Shown here one piece after another: positions 30,054 through 39,969 of a DNA stretch of 64,000 bases; position 1 is the stretch's first letter, and each line of letters opens with the position of its first letter. Below the pieces are notes generated by a model. The model was given only the letters and a program-made list of their open reading frames with translations. It was not told the DNA's origin and searched no databases. Source of the DNA: Limisphaerales bacterium (GTDB taxonomy: Bacteria > Verrucomicrobiota > Verrucomicrobiia > Limisphaerales > JAJOIW01); the NCBI GenBank assembly GCA_965657355.1, contig CBFHOE010000009.1, positions 32,001-96,000 on the forward strand, read 5' to 3'. A program made the position numbers and the translations under genes.

Positions 30054-32708
30054 ATGCTTACAAAATGCTGGCAGTTGGTCCTATGTTTATTATTTCTGGT
30101 ATTTCACCAATCAAATGCGAATGAATCGTCAGTTCTAATCTCTGAAGATGAATTTGAAGTTTCTGACCTCGGCGGGATTGATCTTAAAATTCAAACTTGG
30201 GCAAAATTCCCCATGGTTCATAGCCCAGTTGCGATGGATGTCGATGCATACGGCCGTGTCTGGGTGGTTGAGGATTGGCACGGAAGGAAAATAGATGATG
30301 GAAAAAAAGGTCGCGGAAACATTCTGATTCTCGAGGATACCGATCTTGATGGCAAGGCAGACAAAGCACATGACTTTGGACCAAGATTTTCATCGATTCC
30401 TCTGGGTATTACGATTTTTGACAATGTGATAGTTGTCGCGATGGCTCCAGATTTAATTGTTTACACAGACGTCAACAGAAACGCGGTATACGATGAGGGA
30501 ACGGATAAGAAAGAAATTATCCTAAGTGGTTTTGAGGGTCATAGTCATGATCATAGCTTGCATGGCGTTGTCGGCGGCCCCGATGGCAAATGGTATTTTA
30601 GCCAGGGAAACACCGGGTTAAATATCAAAACGAGGGATGATCAAAATTTCGTCGCTTCTAGTTATTATTCAAATAACAGGCAGGATATTGGGAAGGTGAG
30701 TTCTGATGGTTATAGATATGTTGGCGGTTTAAGCTTTAGAATGAATCCAGATGGAACAAATATGTCGGTCATTTGCCAAAACACCCGTAATACCCATGAC
30801 CAATCCATCAGTTCTTTTGGAGATGTTTTCCAAGTCGACAATGATGATCCTGCTCATGCCAGAGCATCTTGGGTGATGGAGCATAGTAATTTCGGATACG
30901 CGAGTCTGGAAGATGGGGGACGGTCGTGGGAAGAGGCCGCGAAAACATGGGAAGAATTTAGCGTTGACCCTGTTCTTTTAGCAAAAAGAGGAGACGCACG
31001 GTCGAGCCAATCACACTGGCGTGAAAATTATCCAGGAACAACGCCCCCAGATTATGTGATTGGTTCAGGAGCCCCAATGGGTAGCATATTTTTAGAAAGT
31101 GATGAACTCGGCGAATCGCTGAGAGGCTCATTCATAATATGTGAAACAGTCAACAAAGCCGTTTACCAGTTCAAGCCAAAAGAACGCGGCACTCACGTGG
31201 AAGTGGGGCCATACAATAAGCTAATCAGCCTAAATGAAAAATCGAAAGATAAAGGATTTTTACCGACAGAAATCGTTCAAGCCTTAGATGGAAGTCTTTT
31301 TCTCAGTGATTGGAATAGCACAAATAATAGGCGTGGCAGAGGCGGACCAGAGGGAGCTATTTACAGAATATCACCTAAATCAGAAGAAATCATATCCCCG
31401 GTGATGATAGATTATGAATCCACTCAAGGCCAAATAAGCGCGTTAAAAAGTCCGAATTCCAGCATTAGATTCGTGGCAGCCGAAAAGCTCCGCGAAACAA
31501 AACAAAACCGCAAAGAAATTGTGGAGTTTGTGGAAGATACTGCCAACCCATATTTTAAGGCACGAGGCTTATGGATTCTTGCTAAAAAATACTGGATTAA
31601 AAACAGGGAATACGTCGAAGGCTTTCTGAACCATGAAGACCCACAACTCAGATTAACAGCATTTCGAGCATTGAAGAATGCTTACCCGAAAAAATTAATG
31701 CATTATGGCAGGAGAGTCGTTAATGACTCATCCTTGGCTCTAGCAAGAGAGTTGGCTCTTTCTCTTCGTGACGTTTCACTATCCAAATCCAAATCGCTTC
31801 TCATAAAAATAATTGAGAAATACAATGGCAGCAATCGATGGTTTCTAGAAGCGATAGGGACAGCGTCGTCAAAAAAAGAACAAAAAGTATACTCTCAAAT
31901 AGTTACCCCCCTGAGGAATGATAAGAAAGGTGCAAAGTGGGATACTGCCGATAAAAATCTAGCGTGGAGATTAAGAACACCAGATGCACTTAATGACCTA
32001 AGAAAAACTATAATAGCACAAGCCCCGGGCATTGGTGAATTCCGCCACTTGATCATGTCCTTTGCTTTGGCATATTCAGATGAAGAAAGAAAAACTAATA
32101 TTGCTCATCTGGAAAACCTAAGAAAACACCCAAATTTTTCCGGAGAAGAATACCAGGCTACAATCCAGGAGGTTCTTGACAAAGACCTCTATGATGAAAA
32201 AGCTGCGATACTTAGATCAACTTTCGCTTTCCCTGAAACATATGGTGTCACTCCGACAAAAACCACCACTTCAAAAGACGTCGCCCAACTAAAGGGTGAC
32301 GTGAAAAATGGTCATGTAAAAGCATCGCTTTGTCTGACATGCCATAAGATTGATGGTGCGGGGGTTCAATTCGGCCCGAATTTATCTGATTGGGGAAAAT
32401 CGAGATCCATTGAGGTTATCGCACAAGCCATATTAGAACCATCTTCAGAGTTAGCCCACGGTTTTGAAAAAGCTGTAGTCGTAGCAAACCGAGACCATAA
32501 GCTCGAGGGAATAGATGTGGGTTATAGCTGGCATGCAGGCGCGATTAAGGTAAAGACTGTAGGAGGTCAGGTCATAAAAATTGCATTTAGAAGATCCGGT
32601 GCTCGAATTACCAGATTAGAGAACCATTCATGGATGCCATCAGCCTCAAAACTGGGATTATCTAATCAGGATGTTCGCGACATTGCTGAATACCTAAAAT
32701 CTTTATAG
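30054..32708 (+). CDS. PVC-type haem-binding CxxCH / dehydrogenase-like beta-propeller protein
   Basis: Signal peptide; PVAMDVDAYGRVWV, LEDTDLDGKAD, HDHSLHGVVGGPDGKWYF, DNDD, DGSLFLSDW; HEAT-like region; CLTCHKIDGAGVQFGPNL..SWMP. Confidence 0.9.
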   Translation: MLTKCWQLVLCLLFLVFHQSNANESSVLISEDEFEVSDLGGIDLKIQTWAKFPMVHSPVAMDVDAYGRVWVVEDWHGRKIDDGKKGRGNILILEDTDLDGKADKAHDFGPRFSSIPLGITIFDNVIVVAMAPDLIVYTDVNRNAVYDEGTDKKEIILSGFEGHSHDHSLHGVVGGPDGKWYFSQGNTGLNIKTRDDQNFVASSYYSNNRQDIGKVSSDGYRYVGGLSFRMNPDGTNMSVICQNTRNTHDQSISSFGDVFQVDNDDPAHARASWVMEHSNFGYASLEDGGRSWEEAAKTWEEFSVDPVLLAKRGDARSSQSHWRENYPGTTPPDYVIGSGAPMGSIFLESDELGESLRGSFIICETVNKAVYQFKPKERGTHVEVGPYNKLISLNEKSKDKGFLPTEIVQALDGSLFLSDWNSTNNRRGRGGPEGAIYRISPKSEEIISPVMIDYESTQGQISALKSPNSSIRFVAAEKLRETKQNRKEIVEFVEDTANPYFKARGLWILAKKYWIKNREYVEGFLNHEDPQLRLTAFRALKNAYPKKLMHYGRRVVNDSSLALARELALSLRDVSLSKSKSLLIKIIEKYNGSNRWFLEAIGTASSKKEQKVYSQIVTPLRNDKKGAKWDTADKNLAWRLRTPDALNDLRKTIIAQAPGIGEFRHLIMSFALAYSDEERKTNIAHLENLRKHPNFSGEEYQATIQEVLDKDLYDEKAAILRSTFAFPETYGVTPTKTTTSKDVAQLKGDVKNGHVKASLCLTCHKIDGAGVQFGPNLSDWGKSRSIEVIAQAILEPSSELAHGFEKAVVVANRDHKLEGIDVGYSWHAGAIKVKTVGGQVIKIAFRRSGARITRLENHSWMPSASKLGLSNQDVRDIAEYLKSL

Positions 32709-32842
32709 TTCAGAGTTCCAATAGTTGCGGAGGAATTCCCATTCAAAGCAGGTCCATTTTGACAAAGTGAGTCATTCTCAAATGCTGGCGGTCCTATATG
32801 AAAATGTAGCCCGCTTCTGACTTTGGATGGGGTAATGAATAT

Positions 32843-34348
32843 TTAAATTCTTATTCTGCCTTTGTTTTTGAGCCGCTTTAATTGTTCGCCTAGTTTACGA
32901 GCAATATCAGGATATTGTTTAACTTGGTTTATTAATTCACCTTTATCGGAATCTAAATTATAGAGCTGTCCACCATTTTTACCGGGAATGAATTTCCATT
33001 CATTATACCGTATGGCAACCTGTCGCCCCGCCTCCTCGAGCGTATATACCAAACCTTGTTCATCCTTGCCTAAAAAGGCATTGAGAGTATCCCTACTATC
33101 TACTGCCTGGTCTTGACCGAGTTCGATTTCGAGCATCTTTGCAAAGGAGGCAATAAAATCAATTTGACTGACGAGCGCATTTGATTTACCCGGTTTTATT
33201 TGTCCTGGCCACGATACGATAAATGGAACGCGTGTCCCACCCTCGTAAATTTGATATTTTCCACCGCGATATGGGCCAGAAGCATCATGGCCCTGGTCGA
33301 TCTCTTTGCTGGATTTTCTCACCTTGGTACCATCCGAATATCCATCGTCATAAACAGGACCATTGTCACTTGAAACTATAATAATAGTATTTTCTATCAT
33401 TCCTTTTTCTTCAATAGCCTCGACGACTGCGCCAACCATCCAATCAAATTGCACCATGGCATCTCCACGAAATCCAAGCTCAGTTTTCCCTTGAAAACGT
33501 GGATGCGGGGCTCTGGGAACATGAATATCTTGGGATGAAACATATAGGAAAAATGGGACGTCCTTTGTCTGATTCGAAATAAATTTCTTTGCCTGATTTA
33601 CAAATTCATCAGCCATTTTTTCGTCATCCCATAGAGCGGATTTACCTCCCCACATTTTACCTATCCGACCGATGCCATTGATAACGGTTTCACTATGCTG
33701 ATGGTCTGCCTCGTAGTATGTTTCAGTTTCTGGTTCTGTTCGGCCATATGGATAAATAGTGCTGCTATGACCTTCGGGAACGGATCCTACGTAGAGAGGA
33801 TCCTTGGGATCGAGATTGACAACTTTATAATTTTCTAAGTAAACGCATGGAACGCGATCATTTGTTGACGGTAAAAGAAATGAGTAATCAAATCCAACTT
33901 CTAGTGGTCCCGGTTTCACTTCTGCATTCCAGTCGACACGTTTTCCACTCTCACCGAGCCCAAGGTGCCATTTACCTACCACTGCGGTATTATAGCCATC
34001 TTTTTTGAAAAGTTTGGGAAGGGTCATTATTTTTGTATCAATCGTCAGTGGAGCATCTGGTGGGAGAATACGAACTCCGGAGCGAAATCCATAAAGCCCT
34101 GTCAACATTGAATATCTGGAAGGTGTACAAGTGGCTGCCGTACAGTGACCATCCATAAATTGCAAACCTCTTTGAGCTAATTTGTCGATATATGGCGTAG
34201 GAATTTTTTTGGATCCATAGACCCCAACATCGCCATATCCAACATCATCGCCATATATGATAACGACATTGGGGCGGCGTTTTTCTGCGCTCACGTTACC
34301 GCATATAAAAAGGACAGACAGCAAAATTAAGATCATACTAATTTTCAT
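32843..34348 (-). CDS. Arylsulfatase A-like sulfatase (Cys-type)
   Basis: RPNVVIIYGDDVGYGD, ATCTPSRYSMLTG, VGKWHLGLG, DIHVPRAP, SSDNGP, GGKYQIYEGGTRVP. Confidence 0.95.
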   Translation of the reverse strand: MKISMILILLSVLFICGNVSAEKRRPNVVIIYGDDVGYGDVGVYGSKKIPTPYIDKLAQRGLQFMDGHCTAATCTPSRYSMLTGLYGFRSGVRILPPDAPLTIDTKIMTLPKLFKKDGYNTAVVGKWHLGLGESGKRVDWNAEVKPGPLEVGFDYSFLLPSTNDRVPCVYLENYKVVNLDPKDPLYVGSVPEGHSSTIYPYGRTEPETETYYEADHQHSETVINGIGRIGKMWGGKSALWDDEKMADEFVNQAKKFISNQTKDVPFFLYVSSQDIHVPRAPHPRFQGKTELGFRGDAMVQFDWMVGAVVEAIEEKGMIENTIIIVSSDNGPVYDDGYSDGTKVRKSSKEIDQGHDASGPYRGGKYQIYEGGTRVPFIVSWPGQIKPGKSNALVSQIDFIASFAKMLEIELGQDQAVDSRDTLNAFLGKDEQGLVYTLEEAGRQVAIRYNEWKFIPGKNGGQLYNLDSDKGELINQVKQYPDIARKLGEQLKRLKNKGRIRI

Positions 34349-34417
34349 GGTTATTCGTATTCTATCGATACAGATGAAAAAATCTATTTTAGATTTTAGT
34401 TACTTTCACTTTCTTTT

Positions 34418-34471
34418 TTTCATCAAAATCCAATCGAGGCTTCATAGATACCTTTTCAGATTTTGATGAAA
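34418..34471. repeat. 13-bp perfect inverted repeat (TTTCATCAAAATC-N28-GATTTTGATGAAA)
   Basis: Arms at 34418-34430 and 34459-34471 read directly; upstream of the sulfatase start at 34348. Confidence 0.6.
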
Positions 34472-34874
34472 TCAATTTCATGGTTTTATTTCGATAATTC
34501 TGAATGACGAGGTTTTTCTCTGGCTGGGACTTATACAATTATTTTTCAAAGGATCAAACTATCAGAATAACCATCAAGGCCTTTTCCTTTTTGCAATATC
34601 ATTTACTCGAGAGGACAACTTGAGTCGCAAAACAGAAAGCATGACCACTTGTCAATCAGCTCCCAAAAACTCAGAAGGAAGTTGATTGTTACATCAAAAT
34701 TAGTCCTTAAAGGTTTTTTATCTCCGATCTCGTGCCACTAGTAGCGGCAATAACTGGGTTTTCCATATTGAGTTTCAAGCACTCATTTCATCAGGCAAAG
34801 CTCAATAAAAACGAAGATAAATTCACCCAAATTCGCCTCATGATGAGAAAATAAAAATATGAATGAGTTGATTA

Positions 34875-36077
34875 TTAATTCTGCACGGTCCCATTTTTAG
34901 AGGGTTTAATACTGAAATGAAGCACGAGCCCGCCGACTATCCCTGATAAAACAGAACCAACAATAATTCCGAGTCTTTCATCAAATAACTGGTCTGAGCC
35001 ACTTTCGGCAAAAGCGAGAGAGCCGATGAATAAACTCATGGTAAATCCTATTCCACAGAGGGCTGAGACACCGTAAAGACTCGACCACTGCATTCCTTCT
35101 GGAAGGCGTGCCATTTTCATTTTTATAGCAAGCCAACACAATCCGAATATCCCAATCTGCTTACCGAAGAAAAGGCCAAAAGCTATCCCGACAGGCACAC
35201 CATGGATTATTTTATCAAATGAAATACCTGTGAGATTAATCCCAGCATTTGCAAAAGCAAAAACAGGTAATACGAAAAAAGCTACAATAGTATGGAGATC
35301 GTGTTCGAGCTCCTTAAGCGGAGAAAAATCGGGATTTGCTTTAGATTTGATTGGTATGAACATCGCCAAAACAACACCAGCTAATGTTGCATGCAAACCC
35401 GATTTTAAGGTTGCTACCCACATGATGATACCGACCAAAATATAGGGACTATATAAAGTTATATTCCTTTTGTTCATGTACCAGAGAACGGGAAGGCAAA
35501 ATGCTGCGATGCCCAATGCTATCACTGAAACTTTTGAGGTGTAAAAAATGGCTATAATAATAATGGCACCAATATCATCAAATATGGCCAGTGAAGTTAG
35601 AAAAACCTTTATGGTCGCAGGAACACGAGATCCCAAAATGGCTAATACTCCTAAGGCAAAGGCAATATCTGTTGCCGCTGGAATAGCCCATCCTTTGGAT
35701 GCCAATGCATCTTCGCGATTAAAAATAAAGTATATGAGTGCAGGAAAGACCATACCTCCCACAGCGCCCACACCCGGTAAAATCACATTCCTCTTGTCAG
35801 ATAACTCGCCTTTCAACAGCTCTCGCTTTAACTCAAGACCTACGAGAAAGAAAAAAACAGCCATTAATCCATCGTTGATCCACAACAAAAGTGGTTTAGC
35901 TATTTCGAGCGCCCCAATACGAATCTCAACGGGTGTCGACAAAAGGAGCTTGTAAAAAGCAAATAAAGGAGTATTGGCGACAATAATGGCCAATACTGCT
36001 GTCGAAAAAAGAAAAAGTCCTCCAGCCGATTCCAGCTTAAAGAACTTCAAAATAAAAGAATGTTTTTGACTGTCCAT
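34875..36077 (-). CDS. nhaA: Na+/H+ antiporter NhaA
   Basis: LESAGG, WINDGLMAVFFFLVGLELKRE, GWAIPAATDIAFALG, LAIFDDIGAI, KSGLHATLAG, LCGIGFTMSLFI. Confidence 0.96.
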   Translation of the reverse strand: MDSQKHSFILKFFKLESAGGLFLFSTAVLAIIVANTPLFAFYKLLLSTPVEIRIGALEIAKPLLLWINDGLMAVFFFLVGLELKRELLKGELSDKRNVILPGVGAVGGMVFPALIYFIFNREDALASKGWAIPAATDIAFALGVLAILGSRVPATIKVFLTSLAIFDDIGAIIIIAIFYTSKVSVIALGIAAFCLPVLWYMNKRNITLYSPYILVGIIMWVATLKSGLHATLAGVVLAMFIPIKSKANPDFSPLKELEHDLHTIVAFFVLPVFAFANAGINLTGISFDKIIHGVPVGIAFGLFFGKQIGIFGLCWLAIKMKMARLPEGMQWSSLYGVSALCGIGFTMSLFIGSLAFAESGSDQLFDERLGIIVGSVLSGIVGGLVLHFSIKPSKNGTVQN

Positions 36078-36244
36078 TGCCAAGAAATATTTAATTAAAA
36101 AATTTTACTTTCAACAAGCATTCTAAGAAAATTGGGAAAATTTCTGACTGAAACGCAATAAGTATGAATATGGAATAAATTTAAAATGGTCTAAGCATTT
36201 TATAACCTGGAGTTCATTGGCCAAAACACTCAATATCAAATATA

Positions 36245-37753
36245 ATGAATACCCTTTTTTACCGACTCTGTCTCGCCCTGCTTGTGCTTTTCGCACTCAT
36301 TTCAAATCGGGCAACGGCTCAATCATATATTAAGCCCCTGCACAAAGTTACTCTCCCTCAAGCCCATAGAGGTACTTTGTCTGTAGATACTTTGCTGATG
36401 GATAGCTATGGCCTACTGCCTCAAAATGTTCGTGAGTTTTATCTAAACTCGCGAAAAGTATTATCAAAATTTGAAGACGGAGATTACACACATCCAGAAG
36501 TTTTAAAAGCAGCAATCGATCATGAAATCCCACTCATGGGCGGACCTATGTTGGGAGACCTTAAGCCTGACAGCGTAAAAGTCTGGTTAAGACCTGCCAC
36601 CTCAAAAAAATTAGAGATCAAATTAATGGACTCGAAAGGGAGCCATCTTCGCAATTTCTCTCCAGAAATTATAAAACCCGGAATAGAAACTAAAGTCTCC
36701 ATCGACGGTCTGACTCCGGATAGAAAGTATTATTATTCTCTGGTATTGGATGAAAAACAAATTACACAAGGAAGCTTCAGAACAGCTCCATCACCCAATC
36801 TAAAAGGGAAAGTGCGATTGGCTTTTGGTGCCGATTTTCACAAAGTTGGTTTGCATAACCCAAATCTATTTAATCAGATCCTAAAAAGGGACCCACTGGT
36901 CATGCTTCTTTATGGAGACTCAGCTGTCGATGGCAGGCGCAACAAGGCAAACATGCATCGCGCTGATTACTTACTTCGCGAGATCTCTCAACCTTGGAAA
37001 AGATTCGTGTCAAGGACACCAGTCTATGCTACCTGGGACGATTGGGATTATTTTTCAAACGATACAAATGGCATTCCTAAAAACTATATGGCATCGGACC
37101 GAGAACTTATTCGCAATGTCTGGAAAAGCAACTGGAATAACCCAGTAAATGATCCGGAAAGAAAAGGAATTTATTTTACGACACGTATTGGTCCAGTGGA
37201 AATTTTCATGCTGGATACCCGTTCATGCCGTGAAAATAATAGGAGGAATCAATACACATCGTACTTGGGAAAAGAACAACATGAATGGTTAAAAAACGGA
37301 CTCAAAAATTCAAAGGCACCATTCAAAATTATAACTTCTGGTACTATGTGGAGTGATTACGTATCGAACGCAAAAGACACTTGGGGCTCCTGGGACACAG
37401 AGGGCAGAGAAGAGCTTTTTTCACTCATTGAAAGAGATAAAATCGGGGGAGTCTTACTTCTTAGTGGGGACCGGCACGGTGCCCGTGGGTTTAAAATCCC
37501 AAGAAAATCAGGATTTGAATTTTATGAATTTGAAGTGGGAACCCTCGGTGGTGCTCCAGGCCCACCGGCCATAGTCGAAGATTGCCCGGAACAGATCTTT
37601 GGATATGAAGGCACGAAAACCATTGCGTTCGGCGAATTCAACTTCGATACTTCAACAGACAATCCAAATGTCACTTTCTATCTCATCCGTGATACAGGTG
37701 AAATCCTTGAAGAGCATATTCTTTCCCTTGACCAGCTCACCCCAAAAGATTGA
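36245..37753 (+). CDS. phoD: Alkaline phosphatase D (PhoD)-family metallophosphatase
   Basis: Signal peptide; GPMLG..VKVW N-domain; LLYGD, TWDDWDYFSND, FMLDTR, LGKEQHEWL, DTWG, LLSGDRH. Confidence 0.82.
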   Translation: MNTLFYRLCLALLVLFALISNRATAQSYIKPLHKVTLPQAHRGTLSVDTLLMDSYGLLPQNVREFYLNSRKVLSKFEDGDYTHPEVLKAAIDHEIPLMGGPMLGDLKPDSVKVWLRPATSKKLEIKLMDSKGSHLRNFSPEIIKPGIETKVSIDGLTPDRKYYYSLVLDEKQITQGSFRTAPSPNLKGKVRLAFGADFHKVGLHNPNLFNQILKRDPLVMLLYGDSAVDGRRNKANMHRADYLLREISQPWKRFVSRTPVYATWDDWDYFSNDTNGIPKNYMASDRELIRNVWKSNWNNPVNDPERKGIYFTTRIGPVEIFMLDTRSCRENNRRNQYTSYLGKEQHEWLKNGLKNSKAPFKIITSGTMWSDYVSNAKDTWGSWDTEGREELFSLIERDKIGGVLLLSGDRHGARGFKIPRKSGFEFYEFEVGTLGGAPGPPAIVEDCPEQIFGYEGTKTIAFGEFNFDTSTDNPNVTFYLIRDTGEILEEHILSLDQLTPKD

Positions 37754-38011
37754 GTCAACGAACATTAACCGATGAAAAGTTCTAAATAATCGAGTTCGCA
37801 AGCTAATAATATGGCCCTGGTCATAGATTTCATGCGAAACTCAGCGACTACTTCACAATCATTTATTATACGGCGGAAAAAATTTTTTGAGAACTATAAC
37901 TAAAAAGTACGAATAGTTCTCTTGAATTAGATTTTTTCACAGATGTTAGACGGCTTGTTTAAAGTCACTGGAAGCCATTTTGGAGCAATCCTAATCTGTC
38001 ATTTTCTTTGT

Positions 38012-38206
38012 TTATTTCCAGCCAGTTTGCCACTTCTCCTTGTTGGATAAGTCCTCCAAAGCGACCAACTGGCTTTTCCCTTTGAAAACAGGCTTTAAAT
38101 AAACGGTTTTTTGTTTCCTATTATAGGATACAACGACAAAGTGCTTTCGCTTGTTTTCAACTTTATGAGCAGTCCATTTGCTTGATATTATGTTTTTTAT
38201 ATCCAT
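38012..38206 (-). CDS. TIGR02450-like Trp-rich small protein
   Basis: SKWTA..NKRKHFVV..L..KEKWQTGWK signature. Confidence 0.75.
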   Translation of the reverse strand: MDIKNIISSKWTAHKVENKRKHFVVVSYNRKQKTVYLKPVFKGKSQLVALEDLSNKEKWQTGWK

Positions 38207-38544
38207 GGTGTGATTTTTTATTTTACTCAATTTTTAAGCTGAATATTGATTACCTTTGCTTTAATTTTTCACCATAAAGACAGAAGTCAAAGGCATTACC
38301 CAATGGAGACGAAAATAAGGGCGAATTCTTAATCTTTGATCTCACGTTATGCAAACGATTTTACACACACAAACGCGTTCGCTCCTTGTTTAAGTTGATT
38401 CATATAAAATCCAAAATTTTAAATACCGGTAAGAAAACTCAGAATCTCACATTATCGCTGAACTAAAGAATGCAAATTACCCCATGGCGAAAACCAGGAT
38501 TTCTAGGGAAGAATGGATGTATCAGGACGGAACAATGACGAATC

Positions 38545-39963
38545 TCAGGAAAGGAGGTCATCTATTACATTTCCATAGACATCCGTAAGGCGAATATCAC
38601 GTCCACTGAAACGATAAGTTAATTCAGTATGATTGACACCCATCTGGTTGAGAATAGTAGCGTGTAGATCATGAATTTCCAGTTTGTTTTCTATAGCTTT
38701 ATATCCCCACTCATCAGTAGCGCCATATGTCATACCTTGTTTGACGCCGCCTCCTGCCATCCACAAAGAAAATCCATGTTCATTATGATCTCTGCCTGCC
38801 CCACCCTGCGCAAAAGGTGTACGCCCAAATTCTCCAGACCAGACGATAAGGGTATCTTCCAACATCCCCCGCTGTTTAAGGTCCTGTAAAAGTGCTGCAA
38901 TTGGCTGATCTACGGCTACGGCATTATCTCCATGGTTTGTTTTGATATTTCCATGGGCATCCCATCTCTGGTAGCCGTTGACCATCGGAATCAAAACCTC
39001 GATAAAACGTACACCACGTTCCACCAGGCGTCGTGCAATAATACATGCCTTGGCATATGTCCGGGTATTATTATTTTTAGCGTTCATTCCATAGAGGTTA
39101 AGTGTAGATTGAGACTCAGAATTCAAGTCCACGAGTTCTGGTACGGCCAATTGCATTCGGGCTGCGAGCTCTGCATTACGAATAGCTGATTCGAGGGCAT
39201 CAACTTTGCCAGCGAGTTCTAATGCCTGAGTATTCAACCCCATAGCTAATGATTGCTTAAGCTTTCTAAGTTCTCTATGGGTCTCATTGGGAATGACGTT
39301 TGCCAATGGAGTACCGTTGGCGTGCAACAAAGATCCTTGATGAGAAGCAGGGAGAAATCCGCTACTGAAATTATCCAACCCTCCAGAGGGAATTTGACCA
39401 CCATTGAGAACAACGTATCCGGGTAAATCCTCACTATCATTACCCAGCCCGTAAGTAGCCCAGGCACCCATACTTGGCCGTCCCTGTAGTCCGTGGCCGC
39501 TATGCAATAAATAGTTCGCGCTAGTATGTTCAGGGAATTTCGATGTCATGGACCTTATGACGCACAATTCGTCCATCTGCTGGTTAATGTGCGGAAATAA
39601 ATCACTCGCCCATATACCGGACTGTCCCCATTGCTTAAAAGCAAAGGGGGATTTCATAACTTTTCCAATATTTTCAAACTGGGTCTTTTCGAGCTTTCCA
39701 ATAGCACTTCTTGGATCCTGGCCGTTATATTTTTCCAAGGCTGGCTTATAGTCATATGAATCTACTTGTGAGACGCCACCTTCCATGAAAAGAAAAATTA
39801 CACTTTTTGCTTTTGGCCGGTGGTGTGGCTGTTTTGGTGCGAATCTCGGTAGATCTGATGCTTCGGATTTTTGAGCCATCAAGGACGACAAGGCCAAAGC
39901 CCCAAAGCCCATTGAGGTTTTACTTAAATAATCTCTCCTGCTAATCAGTTTGGAAGGGAACAT
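38545..39963 (-). CDS. DUF1501 family protein, Tat-exported
   Basis: SRRDYLSK..GFGALAL, KAKSVIFLFMEGGVSQVDSYDYKP, PSMGAW, ARRLVERGVRF, WDAH, GEFGRTP, GRDH, HDLHATIL. Confidence 0.95.
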   Translation of the reverse strand: MFPSKLISRRDYLSKTSMGFGALALSSLMAQKSEASDLPRFAPKQPHHRPKAKSVIFLFMEGGVSQVDSYDYKPALEKYNGQDPRSAIGKLEKTQFENIGKVMKSPFAFKQWGQSGIWASDLFPHINQQMDELCVIRSMTSKFPEHTSANYLLHSGHGLQGRPSMGAWATYGLGNDSEDLPGYVVLNGGQIPSGGLDNFSSGFLPASHQGSLLHANGTPLANVIPNETHRELRKLKQSLAMGLNTQALELAGKVDALESAIRNAELAARMQLAVPELVDLNSESQSTLNLYGMNAKNNNTRTYAKACIIARRLVERGVRFIEVLIPMVNGYQRWDAHGNIKTNHGDNAVAVDQPIAALLQDLKQRGMLEDTLIVWSGEFGRTPFAQGGAGRDHNEHGFSLWMAGGGVKQGMTYGATDEWGYKAIENKLEIHDLHATILNQMGVNHTELTYRFSGRDIRLTDVYGNVIDDLLS

Positions 39964-39969
39964 AATATA

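Noticed and set aside
37889..37921. 9-bp inverted repeat between convergent phoD and TIGR02450-like genes
   Set aside because: Large loop and weak stem; at most a weak terminator
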